The notes below the pieces were generated by a model, which worked only from the letters and a program-made list of their open reading frames with translations, was not told where the DNA came from and did no database searches. From assembly GCA_963768425.1 (NCBI GenBank), contig CAVYHV010000019.1, positions 1-41,216 on the forward strand: a DNA stretch of 41,216 bases. Reading direction: 5' to 3'. Position numbers and translations under genes: made by a program. Shown here piece after piece: positions 19,770 through 29,802 of the stretch. Source of the DNA: Candidatus Bathyarchaeota archaeon (GTDB lineage Archaea; Thermoproteota; Bathyarchaeia; Bathyarchaeales; Bathycorpusculaceae). Every line of letters begins with the position of its first letter. Positions within the stretch are counted from its first letter, which is position 1.

Positions 19770-19946
19770 CTATTTTTTGTAGTCTCCGACGTTGCCGTAT
19801 CCGGGTTTTGTTGGGTGACATTCAGCTTTTTGACGCATGTCTGCGCGAATACTTTTGCCGATGTTAGTGAATTTGCTGAATTCGCCGTTCTTCCTTCGTG
19901 AGGCATAATAGCCTGGGGCATGTTTGGTTTTTCCTCTTGGAGGCAT
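19770..19946 (-). CDS. Small basic protein (58 aa, not in the ORF track)
   Basis: MPPRGKTKHAPGYYASRRKNGEFSKFTNIGKSIRADMRQKAECHPTKPGYGNVGDYKK; shared upstream motif and an oligo-T run after the stop. Confidence 0.65.
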   Translation of the reverse strand: MPPRGKTKHAPGYYASRRKNGEFSKFTNIGKSIRADMRQKAECHPTKPGYGNVGDYKK

Positions 19947-19990
19947 GTTCTCATCCTAAAGAAAAACAGGAAACTGGGAAAATGGGAAAT

Positions 19991-20401
19991 TTAGGCTGGA
20001 AGCCTGGCGAGTGTGCCGTTTGCTTGGGCTTCACGGTACAGGTCTTGGATGTCGTCTGTGTGGTGGCATTTGTGGTTGTACACCCAGCCGTTGCAGTTGC
20101 ATGAGACGTCGCCGGGTTGGAATCTGCCGCTGGCTACAGTCCAGATCCGCGTTACATACGGCTTGGCTGAAGGGTTGCTTTTGCTCTTGAAGCGGGAGTA
20201 GTATCCTTCGCTGTTCTTGTGGAGGATGTCGACGTCGTCGAATCTGGATGAAGGCACCGTGGGCGGCGTGGGAGGCGCCATTACGGGCTGTTTGGCTTTG
20301 GCTCTTGCTACAGCCGACTTCACTTTGGCTTTTGCAGTTAGAGAAGGAAGGACCATCTGTTTATTTCGGTATGGTTTCTTGGCGCCTTTTCTATAACTCA
20401 T
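19991..20401 (-). CDS. SWIM zinc-finger protein with basic leader
   Basis: VSCNCNGWVYNHKCHH fits CxC-x(n)-CxH. Confidence 0.8.
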   Translation of the reverse strand: MSYRKGAKKPYRNKQMVLPSLTAKAKVKSAVARAKAKQPVMAPPTPPTVPSSRFDDVDILHKNSEGYYSRFKSKSNPSAKPYVTRIWTVASGRFQPGDVSCNCNGWVYNHKCHHTDDIQDLYREAQANGTLARLPA

Positions 20402-20423
20402 TCGATCAGGTCCAATAGAAAAA

Positions 20424-20638
20424 TCAGGAAATTTCGTCTGGAGCCGAGAAGCACTTGCGGTTTTTGTCTCGTTGGTCCTCGGGAAGTTTGCACTCCATTC
20501 CGCCTTCGCCTTTATCCATGTCTTGCATGTTGGTGCAGAAGCGGCAGCGGTTCATGTTGGGGTCTGAGGCTTTGCCGGGAAGATGGATCTGGTACTGATG
20601 GGGTTTCCGTCTACGCTGCTGGTTTGGAGTTTAGACAA
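20424..20638 (-). CDS. Small Cys-containing protein (frameshift near the start)
   Basis: Restoring one A near 20630 gives MSKTPNQQRRRKPHQYQIHLPGKASDPNMNRCRFCTNM..ECKLP..KCF. Confidence 0.5.
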
Positions 20639-20667
20639 TTGGCGATATCTCTGCAAAAACTCCTTTT

Positions 20668-21099
20668 TTAGACTCTTCCTTTTAGCCAAGTTCTGACAGT
20701 TTCAAATAAGAAAGCTGCAACGCAAACTGCTGTTGTAGCAGTCATGAAGAAGTATCCACTAGTGATAACTGTTGGCCTTAGAATAGTCAATTCTATTATG
20801 AGAGCGGTAATCGTAAATATGGCGTAGAATAAGTGCCTTGGAACAAGAAAATGGCTAACCTTAACCGAGTTGTCTAATACCACTTTGTCGACGACATAGT
20901 TACCGTTTTCCCTTTTCAGGAGACCAACTTCTTCAAGCTTTGACAAGTGGTACAGCGCCAACGATGGGGAGCTCAAGTTTAGGGCTCTTTGAACCTCGCG
21001 TACACCTACAGGCTTCCCCACTGTTAGGATGAAACGATAAACTTCCGCCGTCGTTCCTTTAAGGACATCATCGGATTTATCGTTCCTCATGGTCGCCAC
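20668..21099 (-). CDS. Membrane-anchored winged-helix regulator (wHTH + 2 TM)
   Basis: LKGTTAEVY..KPVGVREVQRALNLSSPSLALYHLSKL followed by two TM helices. Confidence 0.85.
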   Translation of the reverse strand: MATMRNDKSDDVLKGTTAEVYRFILTVGKPVGVREVQRALNLSSPSLALYHLSKLEEVGLLKRENGNYVVDKVVLDNSVKVSHFLVPRHLFYAIFTITALIIELTILRPTVITSGYFFMTATTAVCVAAFLFETVRTWLKGRV

Positions 21100-21252
21100 T
21101 TCCCACCATTAAATTGGAGGGTTAATTTAAGCGCATCCATGTTCAAACCTTTAGAACATACACTGTTTAGTCTAGCTACACTGTTCAAAATTATAGAATT
21201 AAGTAGCCTGCAGCTGTTAAGTAATCAGACAAAAATTCAGGGATAAAAAAAG

Positions 21253-22863
21253 ATGAGCCGCCAAACAAACAAGCTTGTCCTCGCCATAACGCTGGGAATG
21301 ATATTCGCCTTTTTGCTGGGGGGCATAAGCTTTACATTGTTTCCTTTACAGGCGTTCACTAAGCAACAAGTACAAGTTGAGCCATTCTCGCCAGCTAGTG
21401 GGGCAAGTACACAGCATACCTCCGGATATTCTGTTATCTCCAACGCTTCATCCTCCAACAATCCAGCTAATGCGTACGGACCTGCGCAGTTCTATTTTGG
21501 TTATCAACTGCCCGGAATAACGATTGAGAAAGATGGAAGCGTCAACTCGACCACTGCCCCCCTCTCGCGGAATGGGAACACTTACACTTTAACTGGTGAC
21601 ATCGTCAATCAAACAATAGTAGTGGATCGCGATAACATCATAATCAACGGAGCAGGTCACACATTAGAAGGCTTCTACAACGGGACGAATGTTTTTGCTG
21701 CCGAAGCGATAAGTCTGCAAAACGTGCAAAATGTAACTATTGAAAACTTTGTCTTTGATTCTTTTTTGCAACCAATCCAAGCACAAGACGCATTAAATCT
21801 GCAAATCGAAGAAAATAACTTTACACGCTGTGCGCCCGCGCCCTCAGTTACAATAGCCTTCGATTCTTGTAATGACTCTGTCATTGCACGCAACTCTTTA
21901 GAGGGAATTGTTGAAATTTGGAACCCCTTAACACACAACGTAACCATGAATACCGTTTCAGATGGCATACAAGTCTGGCAAAGTTCCAACAATACAATAA
22001 CTGGAAACACACTCAGAAACGTTGGTTATAGCATCCTTGTGGAAGATAGTAATTCAAGCATAATCTCAAACAACATAATGGTTAACGACACCAGCGGTAT
22101 CTACACGGACGGGAGCTCAACTGTTTTCGGAAACAGCATATACAATGTAACAGGCACTGGGCTCTGGGTTTCAGGACAGGATAACGTTTTGGTGAATGGT
22201 AATTCAAGCATAGTCTCAAACAATGTAATAGTTAACGGCGGCGTCGGTATCGTCGCTGGCGGGAACGCAATTATTTTTGGGAACAGCATATATAACGTGA
22301 CGGACGCGGGGGTGTGGATTTCAGGACAGGATAACAGCATATATGGAAATACAGTTGAGAATTCCGGGTGTGGGATTTGGCTGGATACAGGCAGCTATTC
22401 AGAGGGTAGCGATTATTATTATATCACCGTGTTAATTTCAGGAGAAAATAACAGCATATATGGAAATACAGTTGAGAATGTCGAGTGTGGTGTTTGGCTG
22501 GGTACAGGTAACTTCACGGGTTCCGTTTTGTATCACAATAACTTCATCCATAACACGCAAGACTTAGAATTCAACTCAACCAGTACACCCGTTCAGTGGG
22601 ATAACGGAAATGAAGGCAACTACTGGAGTAATTATAACGGCACCGCGCGTAACGGTGATGGAATAGGCGATACGCCGTTTAATCTTGGGGGCAACAACAC
22701 GGACTTCTACCCGCTCATGCAGCCGTATTCTGTGCAGTCTACCATTACGGATCACACAACAGGTAGGCTTTTCTTTATAGCCGCTTTAATTGTGGCTGGC
22801 ATTGGAGTGGTTGTTTTGTTATTCCTATCGTTTAAGCGCAAATTCAATGGTAAGCGCGATTAA
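21253..22863 (+). CDS. NosD/CASH parallel beta-helix surface protein
   Basis: I.GN.I repeats, LYHNNFIHN, WDNGNEGNYWSNY, DGIGDTP, DFYPLM; C-terminal TM. Confidence 0.9.
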   Translation: MSRQTNKLVLAITLGMIFAFLLGGISFTLFPLQAFTKQQVQVEPFSPASGASTQHTSGYSVISNASSSNNPANAYGPAQFYFGYQLPGITIEKDGSVNSTTAPLSRNGNTYTLTGDIVNQTIVVDRDNIIINGAGHTLEGFYNGTNVFAAEAISLQNVQNVTIENFVFDSFLQPIQAQDALNLQIEENNFTRCAPAPSVTIAFDSCNDSVIARNSLEGIVEIWNPLTHNVTMNTVSDGIQVWQSSNNTITGNTLRNVGYSILVEDSNSSIISNNIMVNDTSGIYTDGSSTVFGNSIYNVTGTGLWVSGQDNVLVNGNSSIVSNNVIVNGGVGIVAGGNAIIFGNSIYNVTDAGVWISGQDNSIYGNTVENSGCGIWLDTGSYSEGSDYYYITVLISGENNSIYGNTVENVECGVWLGTGNFTGSVLYHNNFIHNTQDLEFNSTSTPVQWDNGNEGNYWSNYNGTARNGDGIGDTPFNLGGNNTDFYPLMQPYSVQSTITDHTTGRLFFIAALIVAGIGVVVLLFLSFKRKFNGKRD

Positions 22864-23149
22864 CTTGTGATTCTTGACTAAGCATTTGGTTTGAAATGGA
22901 CCACCTGAATGTGGTAAAAATGTTTTTCTCAGTCATGAACTACACTGCAGCGTTGTTTTGTTAATTTAATTCAACTGAGGCAAAAGAGTTTAGGTCATTT
23001 TTAAAATCCGCTATTCTACAGAATAACTGAGCATTAGCCTAAAGGAATCTTTGCTATCTTGCAAATCCAATATTATTTTAAAAGTGACTTAAACTGTTAA
23101 TAGCTGTCCTTCCATGAGAACAGAATTCTAGTTTGGGCTCAAATAAGAA

Positions 23150-23668
23150 TCCATTAACTTGATACAAAAGACTTGAGGACATGTTTTTCTTATTTTTTTG
23201 ATTACTCCGGAAATTTGGCTAAATTAGGGTAAAATGTTATTAGTTCTGTGGCGTAAGTAGCGGAAATCGGGAAAGCTATTGGATAGAAAAGAAGCTGCAA
23301 CTGTGCTGTTAGAGTTAATTGATAGCCATTTAGTTGACCCGACATTTATTGATATCAAGTTAAGAAAACCTGAACACTATCAGATACAAATTGAAAGCAA
23401 TTATGACACTGAAGAAATAAAAGAGTACGCAGAGAAACACAACTTAGCCATTGGACAGGACAAAGAGCAAAAATACTTATTTATCTACAAGCCGTAACTT
23501 TTGCTCTTTCGCTTTTTTCGCGCGTTGCTTCTGCAGATTTAAGACTTATCCGCCCTTTAAAAAAACGTGAATTAGTTTTTTTGGTGTTCTCTTCCTTACA
23601 AATACGATAGAAAGCAGTATCATCATTGTGAAAAGTGGCAGAATTATCCAAGTTGGAAACTCTGGAAC
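23150..23668. repeat. About 520-bp duplicated segment, copy 1 (copy 2 at about 28600-29119)
   Basis: Near-identical over the 72-aa gene and flanks; offset 5451 bp. Confidence 0.95.
23279..23497 (+). CDS. Conserved hypothetical protein (copy 1)
   Basis: 72 aa; differs from copy 2 at one residue. Confidence 0.7.
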   Translation: MDRKEAATVLLELIDSHLVDPTFIDIKLRKPEHYQIQIESNYDTEEIKEYAEKHNLAIGQDKEQKYLFIYKP

Positions 23669-24445
23669 GTTTGTTTGGAGATTTGAACCCATTAACGGAA
23701 TGGCAACAGGCTTCATTAAAGGTTGGTTATCTTCAAAAACTTGGGTTCCGCTATTTGGTGTATCGAATATGTATGGTATATTGCCTGCGCCTGAATTGTC
23801 AATCTCAGTAGCATTAGGATACAGGGTTAAGTAGTCAGCCCAATAGTTCCTGTCGACAGTTTCGTAGCCACTTAGCCAAATCAAAATGGCATTTTGAGAT
23901 GGAAGATTGCATTCAGTCACTGTGTTGTAAGCCGCTGAATAATCCATAGTTATTTGTGACTCATTGTCAAAGGTGCAGTAAGAAATAATGTTGTGACTGC
24001 AATCCATCAGCCGTATGCCAGCTCCAGAGCCGCAATTCGAGAAGTCATCATTATAAAGAGTATAATTGCCGCCACCATCAGAAGACACGCCAAATGCACA
24101 ATTAGTGATATACAAGTTTTCTACAGTTACGTTTGTAACTGAGATTGTTGGGTAAGTGTTTAGGTCGTTCAGGTCGAAGCCTGTTCCGCCATTTCCGTTT
24201 AGCCAATAGCCTGAGCCGTTGATTATAATATCACTTTTTTCAACATGAATGTTCCCTGTTATGTTACCAGTTAAAGTGTAGATACTGCCAACTTGGGCAA
24301 TACTATACGCTCCTGTTATCGATCCATCAGGATTAATCACTATGCTGCTTGCTGTTTGTGCCTTGACTGGAATACTTACCAGAACCAATGATAGAAAGAG
24401 AATGAAAGTTACTGCCACAGACAAACGTTTGTTCATCCCATCCAT
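23546..24445 (-). CDS. Beta-helix surface protein with PEF-CTERM sorting signal
   Basis: Signal peptide, INPDGSI, NYWADY, VPEFP + TM + RKR. Confidence 0.85.
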   Translation of the reverse strand: MDGMNKRLSVAVTFILFLSLVLVSIPVKAQTASSIVINPDGSITGAYSIAQVGSIYTLTGNITGNIHVEKSDIIINGSGYWLNGNGGTGFDLNDLNTYPTISVTNVTVENLYITNCAFGVSSDGGGNYTLYNDDFSNCGSGAGIRLMDCSHNIISYCTFDNESQITMDYSAAYNTVTECNLPSQNAILIWLSGYETVDRNYWADYLTLYPNATEIDNSGAGNIPYIFDTPNSGTQVFEDNQPLMKPVAIPLMGSNLQTNVPEFPTWIILPLFTMMILLSIVFVRKRTPKKLIHVFLKGG

Positions 24446-24550
24446 CTCTTCAATATGGTGGTGTGGATATGAGCGATATAAACTAATTCGTCAACATTTC
24501 TTGACTAACCATACTCACACTTACTCAAACTTTCTTGACTTTCAATGCCT

Positions 24551-25687
24551 CTACGCTAAAGGAATTCCCCCGATCCACATAGTTTCAAGTTGAAAACCTG
24601 TAATTTTCTCATGACTTGTAACAGCCAAATAAATAGAAAGGGTCCCTTCATCTCCAACATTCAGCCATGTTTCAGACCAAGCATCAGGTGGCAGGTCAAG
24701 ATGCGTCAAATCATTGGAGTCGATTTCTTTGTTCCCGCTGAATAGTTCCGCTGTCATGGAAACATAGGCTTGCGCCGATTTAGGAGCAACAGTTCCATTA
24801 TTGTAGTACCTAGTTACCTGATTTGGCGGCAAGTTCTGTATCGAATAATCGTTACGGAGTGTAACGTTGATGACGACACATGGTTCGCCGTGTGTGACAG
24901 CTATACTCCCCGATGGTTTCCCGTTTATTATGCCCATACTAGTTCGAGTGTCAAATGGGTAAAAACCAGCGCTGATGTTTACAGAAACTACGAACACTTT
25001 CCTAGCGTTTCCTCTAAAAGTAAGATAATAGCCTGTGGCTGGTTGGATTGAACCAATGGATGGCTTTACAGCCATCGAAGACGCAGGCAGGATTTGCGGT
25101 AAAACCCAAAACGCAGTCAATACCACTAAAACTATCAGAACAGCAGATAGGGCTACTAGGTTGCGTCTTTTGTGGAAGCTTAAGCTTTTCTTAAGACCGG
25201 GCATCGAGCGCTCAATTGTTTTAAAATCTGGGGTCACTTTGCTTTCAGAGTTTTTTGGGTTGAGCTTCCTGTACAAGGTAATTCCTTCGACTAAGAAAAG
25301 AATCATCGCAACTCCAGTGATGCCCGTCAAAAAGTAGAAGCTGACCTGTATCACTATGCTGTTTATCAGGACGCTTAACAGTATTATTGACATCTCAGCG
25401 GCGAAAGCTCCGAGAAAAAAGAACGAGTAAAACATCAACCGTGGCACGAGGTTTCGTCCAACCCACACGTGCCCCTTGATGTTTGTCTTCTCCTTTAAAA
25501 CGTAATCGCCGTACTCGTTTCGCTCGATTAAACCCATGTCCTCAAGTTTTTGCAGATGCCTCGATGCAACGCTTGTACTGCTTAGGTTCGCGCCTCTGGT
25601 AACTTCTCTTGTACCCACTGGCTTAGCCGCGTGGACGATGTACGCGTAAACGTTTAATGTGTTGCCTTCGAGCTCATCGTTAGTCAA
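24551..25687 (-). CDS. wHTH-2TM regulator fused to a third TM and an extracellular domain
   Basis: LEGNTLNVY..KPVGTREVTRGANLSSTSVASRHLQKL; likely TTG start at 25687. Confidence 0.8.
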   Translation of the reverse strand: MTNDELEGNTLNVYAYIVHAAKPVGTREVTRGANLSSTSVASRHLQKLEDMGLIERNEYGDYVLKEKTNIKGHVWVGRNLVPRLMFYSFFFLGAFAAEMSIILLSVLINSIVIQVSFYFLTGITGVAMILFLVEGITLYRKLNPKNSESKVTPDFKTIERSMPGLKKSLSFHKRRNLVALSAVLIVLVVLTAFWVLPQILPASSMAVKPSIGSIQPATGYYLTFRGNARKVFVVSVNISAGFYPFDTRTSMGIINGKPSGSIAVTHGEPCVVINVTLRNDYSIQNLPPNQVTRYYNNGTVAPKSAQAYVSMTAELFSGNKEIDSNDLTHLDLPPDAWSETWLNVGDEGTLSIYLAVTSHEKITGFQLETMWIGGIPLA

Positions 25688-25709
25688 TTCTGCCGCCGCC
25701 TGATGGGTT

Positions 25710-26588
25710 CTATGGAAGGTTTGGAGATTGCAGGTTAGTTTGCGACAGCTGATCTTGCGGTATGATTGTGTTGTAGAGGAATCCACCGTTGTATGGTGTT
25801 AGCTCTATTTGTTGGATTACTCCGCTTGCTGGGGTTACTGTGGTAGAGCTATTTCCTATTGTGACGTAGCCTATTCTGCTTATGTTGATGGTTATTGATT
25901 GAGCGTTTTGGATGTCTCGGATCTGTTCAATTTGCTGGTTCGCTATGCTATTTATGGTGCTGTCGGTGGAGGTCATGTTTATTCCTTGAATTAACTGACC
26001 GTTCCAGAAGCTTTCGCTTATTCCAGAGATTGCTTGGTTTTGGGCTGTTAATGTGTAGGTAGGTTCGGCTTGCCAAGTTTGGTCGGTGGCGGGTAATGTG
26101 CCGTCAAAGTTTGGTAGAAACAGAAAAACCTTGTTTGCGTTAAAGATGTCAGGCGTAAGACTGGCATTGGCGAAGTCGCCTGCATTGAAGTAATTCTCGA
26201 ACGCGTAACCAAGTTGGATGTATGGGTTAATGGTGCCTGTGCAGTTTGCGCTGATGACGTAGGTGAAGTTTTCAATTGGACCTTGATCGGAGTAGACTTG
26301 TATTAGGTAGTATTCCATTCTGGCGTCTGGAAGTGTTTTCATGGCGTTAGGGTTTGTTGTAATTTGAAGTGCTATGTAGTATCCTTCACCATAGGATATT
26401 GACCCGCCGTTGTTTGTCTCATTAGCTATGTAGTAGGCGTAAGGCACATCGATGTTAAACCAAGGCGTGATTGGAACTTCAGCGTTTACTTGTTTTTGAG
26501 CAGCCATCAGATACTCCATAGGTATGACCGTTGCGATTCCGAGTGCAATAGCGAGTATTGAGCATAGTATTACTTTTTTTTCGACCAT
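25710..26588 (-). CDS. Secreted/anchored hypothetical protein
   Basis: N-terminal TM, DARMEYYLIQVYSD, GGFLYN. Confidence 0.8.
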   Translation of the reverse strand: MVEKKVILCSILAIALGIATVIPMEYLMAAQKQVNAEVPITPWFNIDVPYAYYIANETNNGGSISYGEGYYIALQITTNPNAMKTLPDARMEYYLIQVYSDQGPIENFTYVISANCTGTINPYIQLGYAFENYFNAGDFANASLTPDIFNANKVFLFLPNFDGTLPATDQTWQAEPTYTLTAQNQAISGISESFWNGQLIQGINMTSTDSTINSIANQQIEQIRDIQNAQSITINISRIGYVTIGNSSTTVTPASGVIQQIELTPYNGGFLYNTIIPQDQLSQTNLQSPNLP

Positions 26589-26875
26589 TTTGGTTTTTCA
26601 CCGCTCATCCATTAACCGAAGCGCCTAATAATACTCACTGCAGAACAAAACTGTTCCCCGACTGTTCTCTAGAAGAACAGCACGTAACAATGAGATTTAG
26701 GCATTAATTTGAGCAGCTAAACGCTCCGCGACGTTTTCATAACGAATAGTTCATGGGAGTCTTTGGAAGGTTCATTTTCTGTTTCTTTCAAAATTTGTTA
26801 GCCAAACTCATATTGGCGAAGGTTCTTTACCCAACAAAAAGAGGGTTGGATAACAACGTACATATGGGAAAATGG

Positions 26876-27805
26876 TCATTGCTTCGAGTTAGCGGTTTTT
26901 CGATGCCTTCGATAGAGCAATAGACCTACAATCAAACATACAATAGTTGTTGGCGTGGCGATAACTGCGATTGTTAGGTATAGGTCCGTTGTCTTAACTG
27001 TGAAATAGACCGTTTGGGAAGCATAACTATTCCCCAAAGTATCATTTGTATAGACAATCAAGTAATGTTTTCCGTAAGTTAAGCCCGTTAAGGTTGTGTT
27101 CCCTGTTATGGTAACGTTGGTTTTACCATCTAAGCTGTATCCAATCCAAGAAGCGGACAAACCACCTGTGGTAAACTGAAAAGGAACACTGTTTTCATTG
27201 TAAGTCATTCTTTCAGGAGCAATAATGAGCGGCTGTGGAGAATTAACAGCAAAATAAATCGGTTGAGCAACAGCATCTACAGCTATTTCTGAAATATTGC
27301 CCGTAAAGATGTTTGGCATGTAAAAGCTGCTTCCCTCAACGTACACCTGAAGAGCGTATTGTCCATTAGTGAGATGAAGCGGAATAGAATAGCTTAGGTA
27401 CGTTGACAAACTTCCGTTGGTAGGACGAAGAGCAGGAAGAACTGGTACAGAAAGATTTTGGCGTTCTCCATTTAGTATGTAATGAACTGAGGTTATGTTT
27501 CCAGCGACCAAGTTGTGAGGGTATGGGGTCATTGTGTAAATATAGGGAGGGGTTCCTACGCTTGCATTATATTCAAACCATTGTTCAGGTTCGTTTATTC
27601 TAAAGTCAATCGTAACTAATGGCGAAATAAAGGTTTCATTGATAGTGGGAAAGGAGATACTGATTGTTGGTGGAGCGTTGATCGGTTCTGCTGGAATACC
27701 CGACATTGACCAAATAGATTGTGCTTTTGTCATAAAGTTCGACATACTAATTAAAAGCAATAACATAAGCGCCAACGTGAGGGCTAATCCGATTTTCTTG
27801 TTCAT
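26876..27805 (-). CDS. Ig-like surface protein with C-terminal TM
   Basis: PPTISISFP, SWIGYSLDG..NVTITGNTTLTGL..G.H.L.VY.ND; ends RHRKTAN. Confidence 0.85.
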   Translation of the reverse strand: MNKKIGLALTLALMLLLLISMSNFMTKAQSIWSMSGIPAEPINAPPTISISFPTINETFISPLVTIDFRINEPEQWFEYNASVGTPPYIYTMTPYPHNLVAGNITSVHYILNGERQNLSVPVLPALRPTNGSLSTYLSYSIPLHLTNGQYALQVYVEGSSFYMPNIFTGNISEIAVDAVAQPIYFAVNSPQPLIIAPERMTYNENSVPFQFTTGGLSASWIGYSLDGKTNVTITGNTTLTGLTYGKHYLIVYTNDTLGNSYASQTVYFTVKTTDLYLTIAVIATPTTIVCLIVGLLLYRRHRKTANSKQ

Positions 27806-27933
27806 TCTCTCTTCCTTATAATCATGAGGGAAAAAAGGATGATAAAAGGATACTCGTCAACACTCCTTGACTGGATTTAGTCAAAGTTTCTGGACTAATC
27901 ATAGAAGCCGAGTATGAGCGAGTGAGTTTAGAA

Positions 27934-28425
27934 TTAGTTTCCTTCGCTCTTAGGTGGAAAGTAGGAAACAGCCGCTTGAATATTTACGGTTTTTTGGCTT
28001 GTCATTGAAAATTTATTGTCTAGCACAAGAAAGTAAGTTCCATTTGTTGGAATATTCATGCTAAAACCTGCGGTTGTAATTTGTCCACTTTGATAGAGAG
28101 AAGTGTAGTTTTGACCGTTCTGATAATAGCTAAAGTCGATACTGTTAAGAACATAAACTTTGATGTCGTTATCCCCACCTTGTGCCGTAAACGCTAACGA
28201 GAGTGAAATGCTTTGGGCATCTGAAGGTATGGTGAACTGGTAGTCTAAATAAGCGCCAGCGGGAACGGTGACTGCCCCGTTTATTATTTGAGTTTCAGAC
28301 GGAACAGGAGTATCGTGAAGATGGAATCCTATACCACTCATAAACAAAGCAACTATTACACTCATGACAATAAGAAAAATAATGACTAGAGCCCAACCTA
28401 ATTTGATTAGATTACTCAACGGCAT
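27934..28425 (-). CDS. Anchored beta-sandwich (GOLD-like) protein
   Basis: N-terminal TM, GGDNDIKVYVL, GTYFLVLDN. Confidence 0.7.
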   Translation of the reverse strand: MPLSNLIKLGWALVIIFLIVMSVIVALFMSGIGFHLHDTPVPSETQIINGAVTVPAGAYLDYQFTIPSDAQSISLSLAFTAQGGDNDIKVYVLNSIDFSYYQNGQNYTSLYQSGQITTAGFSMNIPTNGTYFLVLDNKFSMTSQKTVNIQAAVSYFPPKSEGN

Positions 28426-28599
28426 GCTTAGCCTATTCTAAGCTTTTCAGATTTAAGACTTGTCAATATGGAAACTTGGCTAATATTACGAGTAACAAGA
28501 GGTTACTAAATTCTTGAAATGTTTGTGAAGTGCAAAAAGACGTGTTAGTTTTCAAACATACCAGTTTTATACAAGACACTTATGGTTGCCACATAAACT

Positions 28600-29119
28600 C
28601 CATGAACTTGCCACAAAAGACTTGAAGACATGTTTTTCTTATTTTTTTTTGATTACTCTGGAAATTTGGCTAAATTAGGGTAAAATGTTATTAGTTCTGT
28701 GGCGTAAGTAGCGGAAATCGGGAAAGCTATTGGATAGAAAAGAAGCTGCAACTGTGCTGTTAGAGTTAATTGATAGCCATTTAGTTGACCCGACATTTAT
28801 TGATATCAAGTTAAGAAAACCTGAACACTATCAGATACAAATTGAAAGCAATTATGACACTGAAGAAATAAAAGAGTACGCAGAGAAACACAACTTAGCC
28901 ATTGAACAGGACAAAGAGCAAAAATACTTATTTATCTACAAGCCGTAACTTTTGCTCTTTCGCTTTTTTCGCGCGTTGCTTCTGCAGATTTAAGACTTAT
29001 CCGCCCTTTAAAAAAACGTGAACTAGTTTTTTTGGTGTTCTCTTCCTGACAAACACGATTGATAGCAGTGTTATTGCTGCAAAAACTGGCAGAATTACCA
29101 ATGTTGGAAACTCTGGAAC
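28600..29119. repeat. About 520-bp duplicated segment, copy 2
   Basis: Matches 23150-23668. Confidence 0.95.
28730..28948 (+). CDS. Conserved hypothetical protein (copy 2)
   Basis: Near-identical to 23279-23497. Confidence 0.7.
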   Translation: MDRKEAATVLLELIDSHLVDPTFIDIKLRKPEHYQIQIESNYDTEEIKEYAEKHNLAIEQDKEQKYLFIYKP

Positions 29120-29689
29120 AGATTGTGCGGGAGATGCAGTGGGTAGTGCTACATGAAAATCAACGGTAGTGTTTGCTTCAACTGGTACACTTGCAAGTTG
29201 CAGATTAAATTGAATGCTTTCCAACGGGTTTAAAACGTAATAGGTAGAGCCTGAAACCAATATTTGAATGGAGTGCGCTCCTTCTGTCAAGTCTAATTGT
29301 TCTGAAAAGTTCAAGTTTTGTGATGAATTACTAAGATACGGCACGTTCATATTGTCAAGGGGTAAATTTTGGGATTGATTGCCGTCTAATGAGAAGCTAA
29401 CTGACGTAATATTTCCCCAGATTGTTCGAATGGTATCATTTGGTGGTCCAGTGTAGAAAAACCATGAACTTGGAATCTCGACACTAAAGTTCAGCACGAC
29501 ATTGGAAGAGGTAAATGTTTGATTTTGGTTTGGCGAAATGACTTGGATACCGGGTGGGCTGTCAAACGGTTCTGTAGGGACAGCTAATTCTATCCAAAGA
29601 GGTTGAGCTATTGCCAAATCAACGTTTGATGTACTGATTAAGAATAGTAGCAATAATGCCAACGCAAACGGAACTACTACTTTTTTCAA
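28997..29689 (-). CDS. Ig-like surface protein with PEF-CTERM
   Basis: Paralog of the first domain of 26876-27805; VPEFP-TM-RKR. Confidence 0.85.
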   Translation of the reverse strand: MKKVVVPFALALLLLFLISTSNVDLAIAQPLWIELAVPTEPFDSPPGIQVISPNQNQTFTSSNVVLNFSVEIPSSWFFYTGPPNDTIRTIWGNITSVSFSLDGNQSQNLPLDNMNVPYLSNSSQNLNFSEQLDLTEGAHSIQILVSGSTYYVLNPLESIQFNLQLASVPVEANTTVDFHVALPTASPAQSVPEFPTLVILPVFAAITLLSIVFVRKRTPKKLVHVFLKGG

Positions 29690-29802
29690 GCTATCGACTT
29701 CTGTTAAATTATTGTGTAGACAGAGCTAATATAAAGAATTTCGTCAAGCTTTGTTGACTATTACAAAAAGCTGATTAGTCAAGATTTCTTGACTAAGCCC
29801 AG

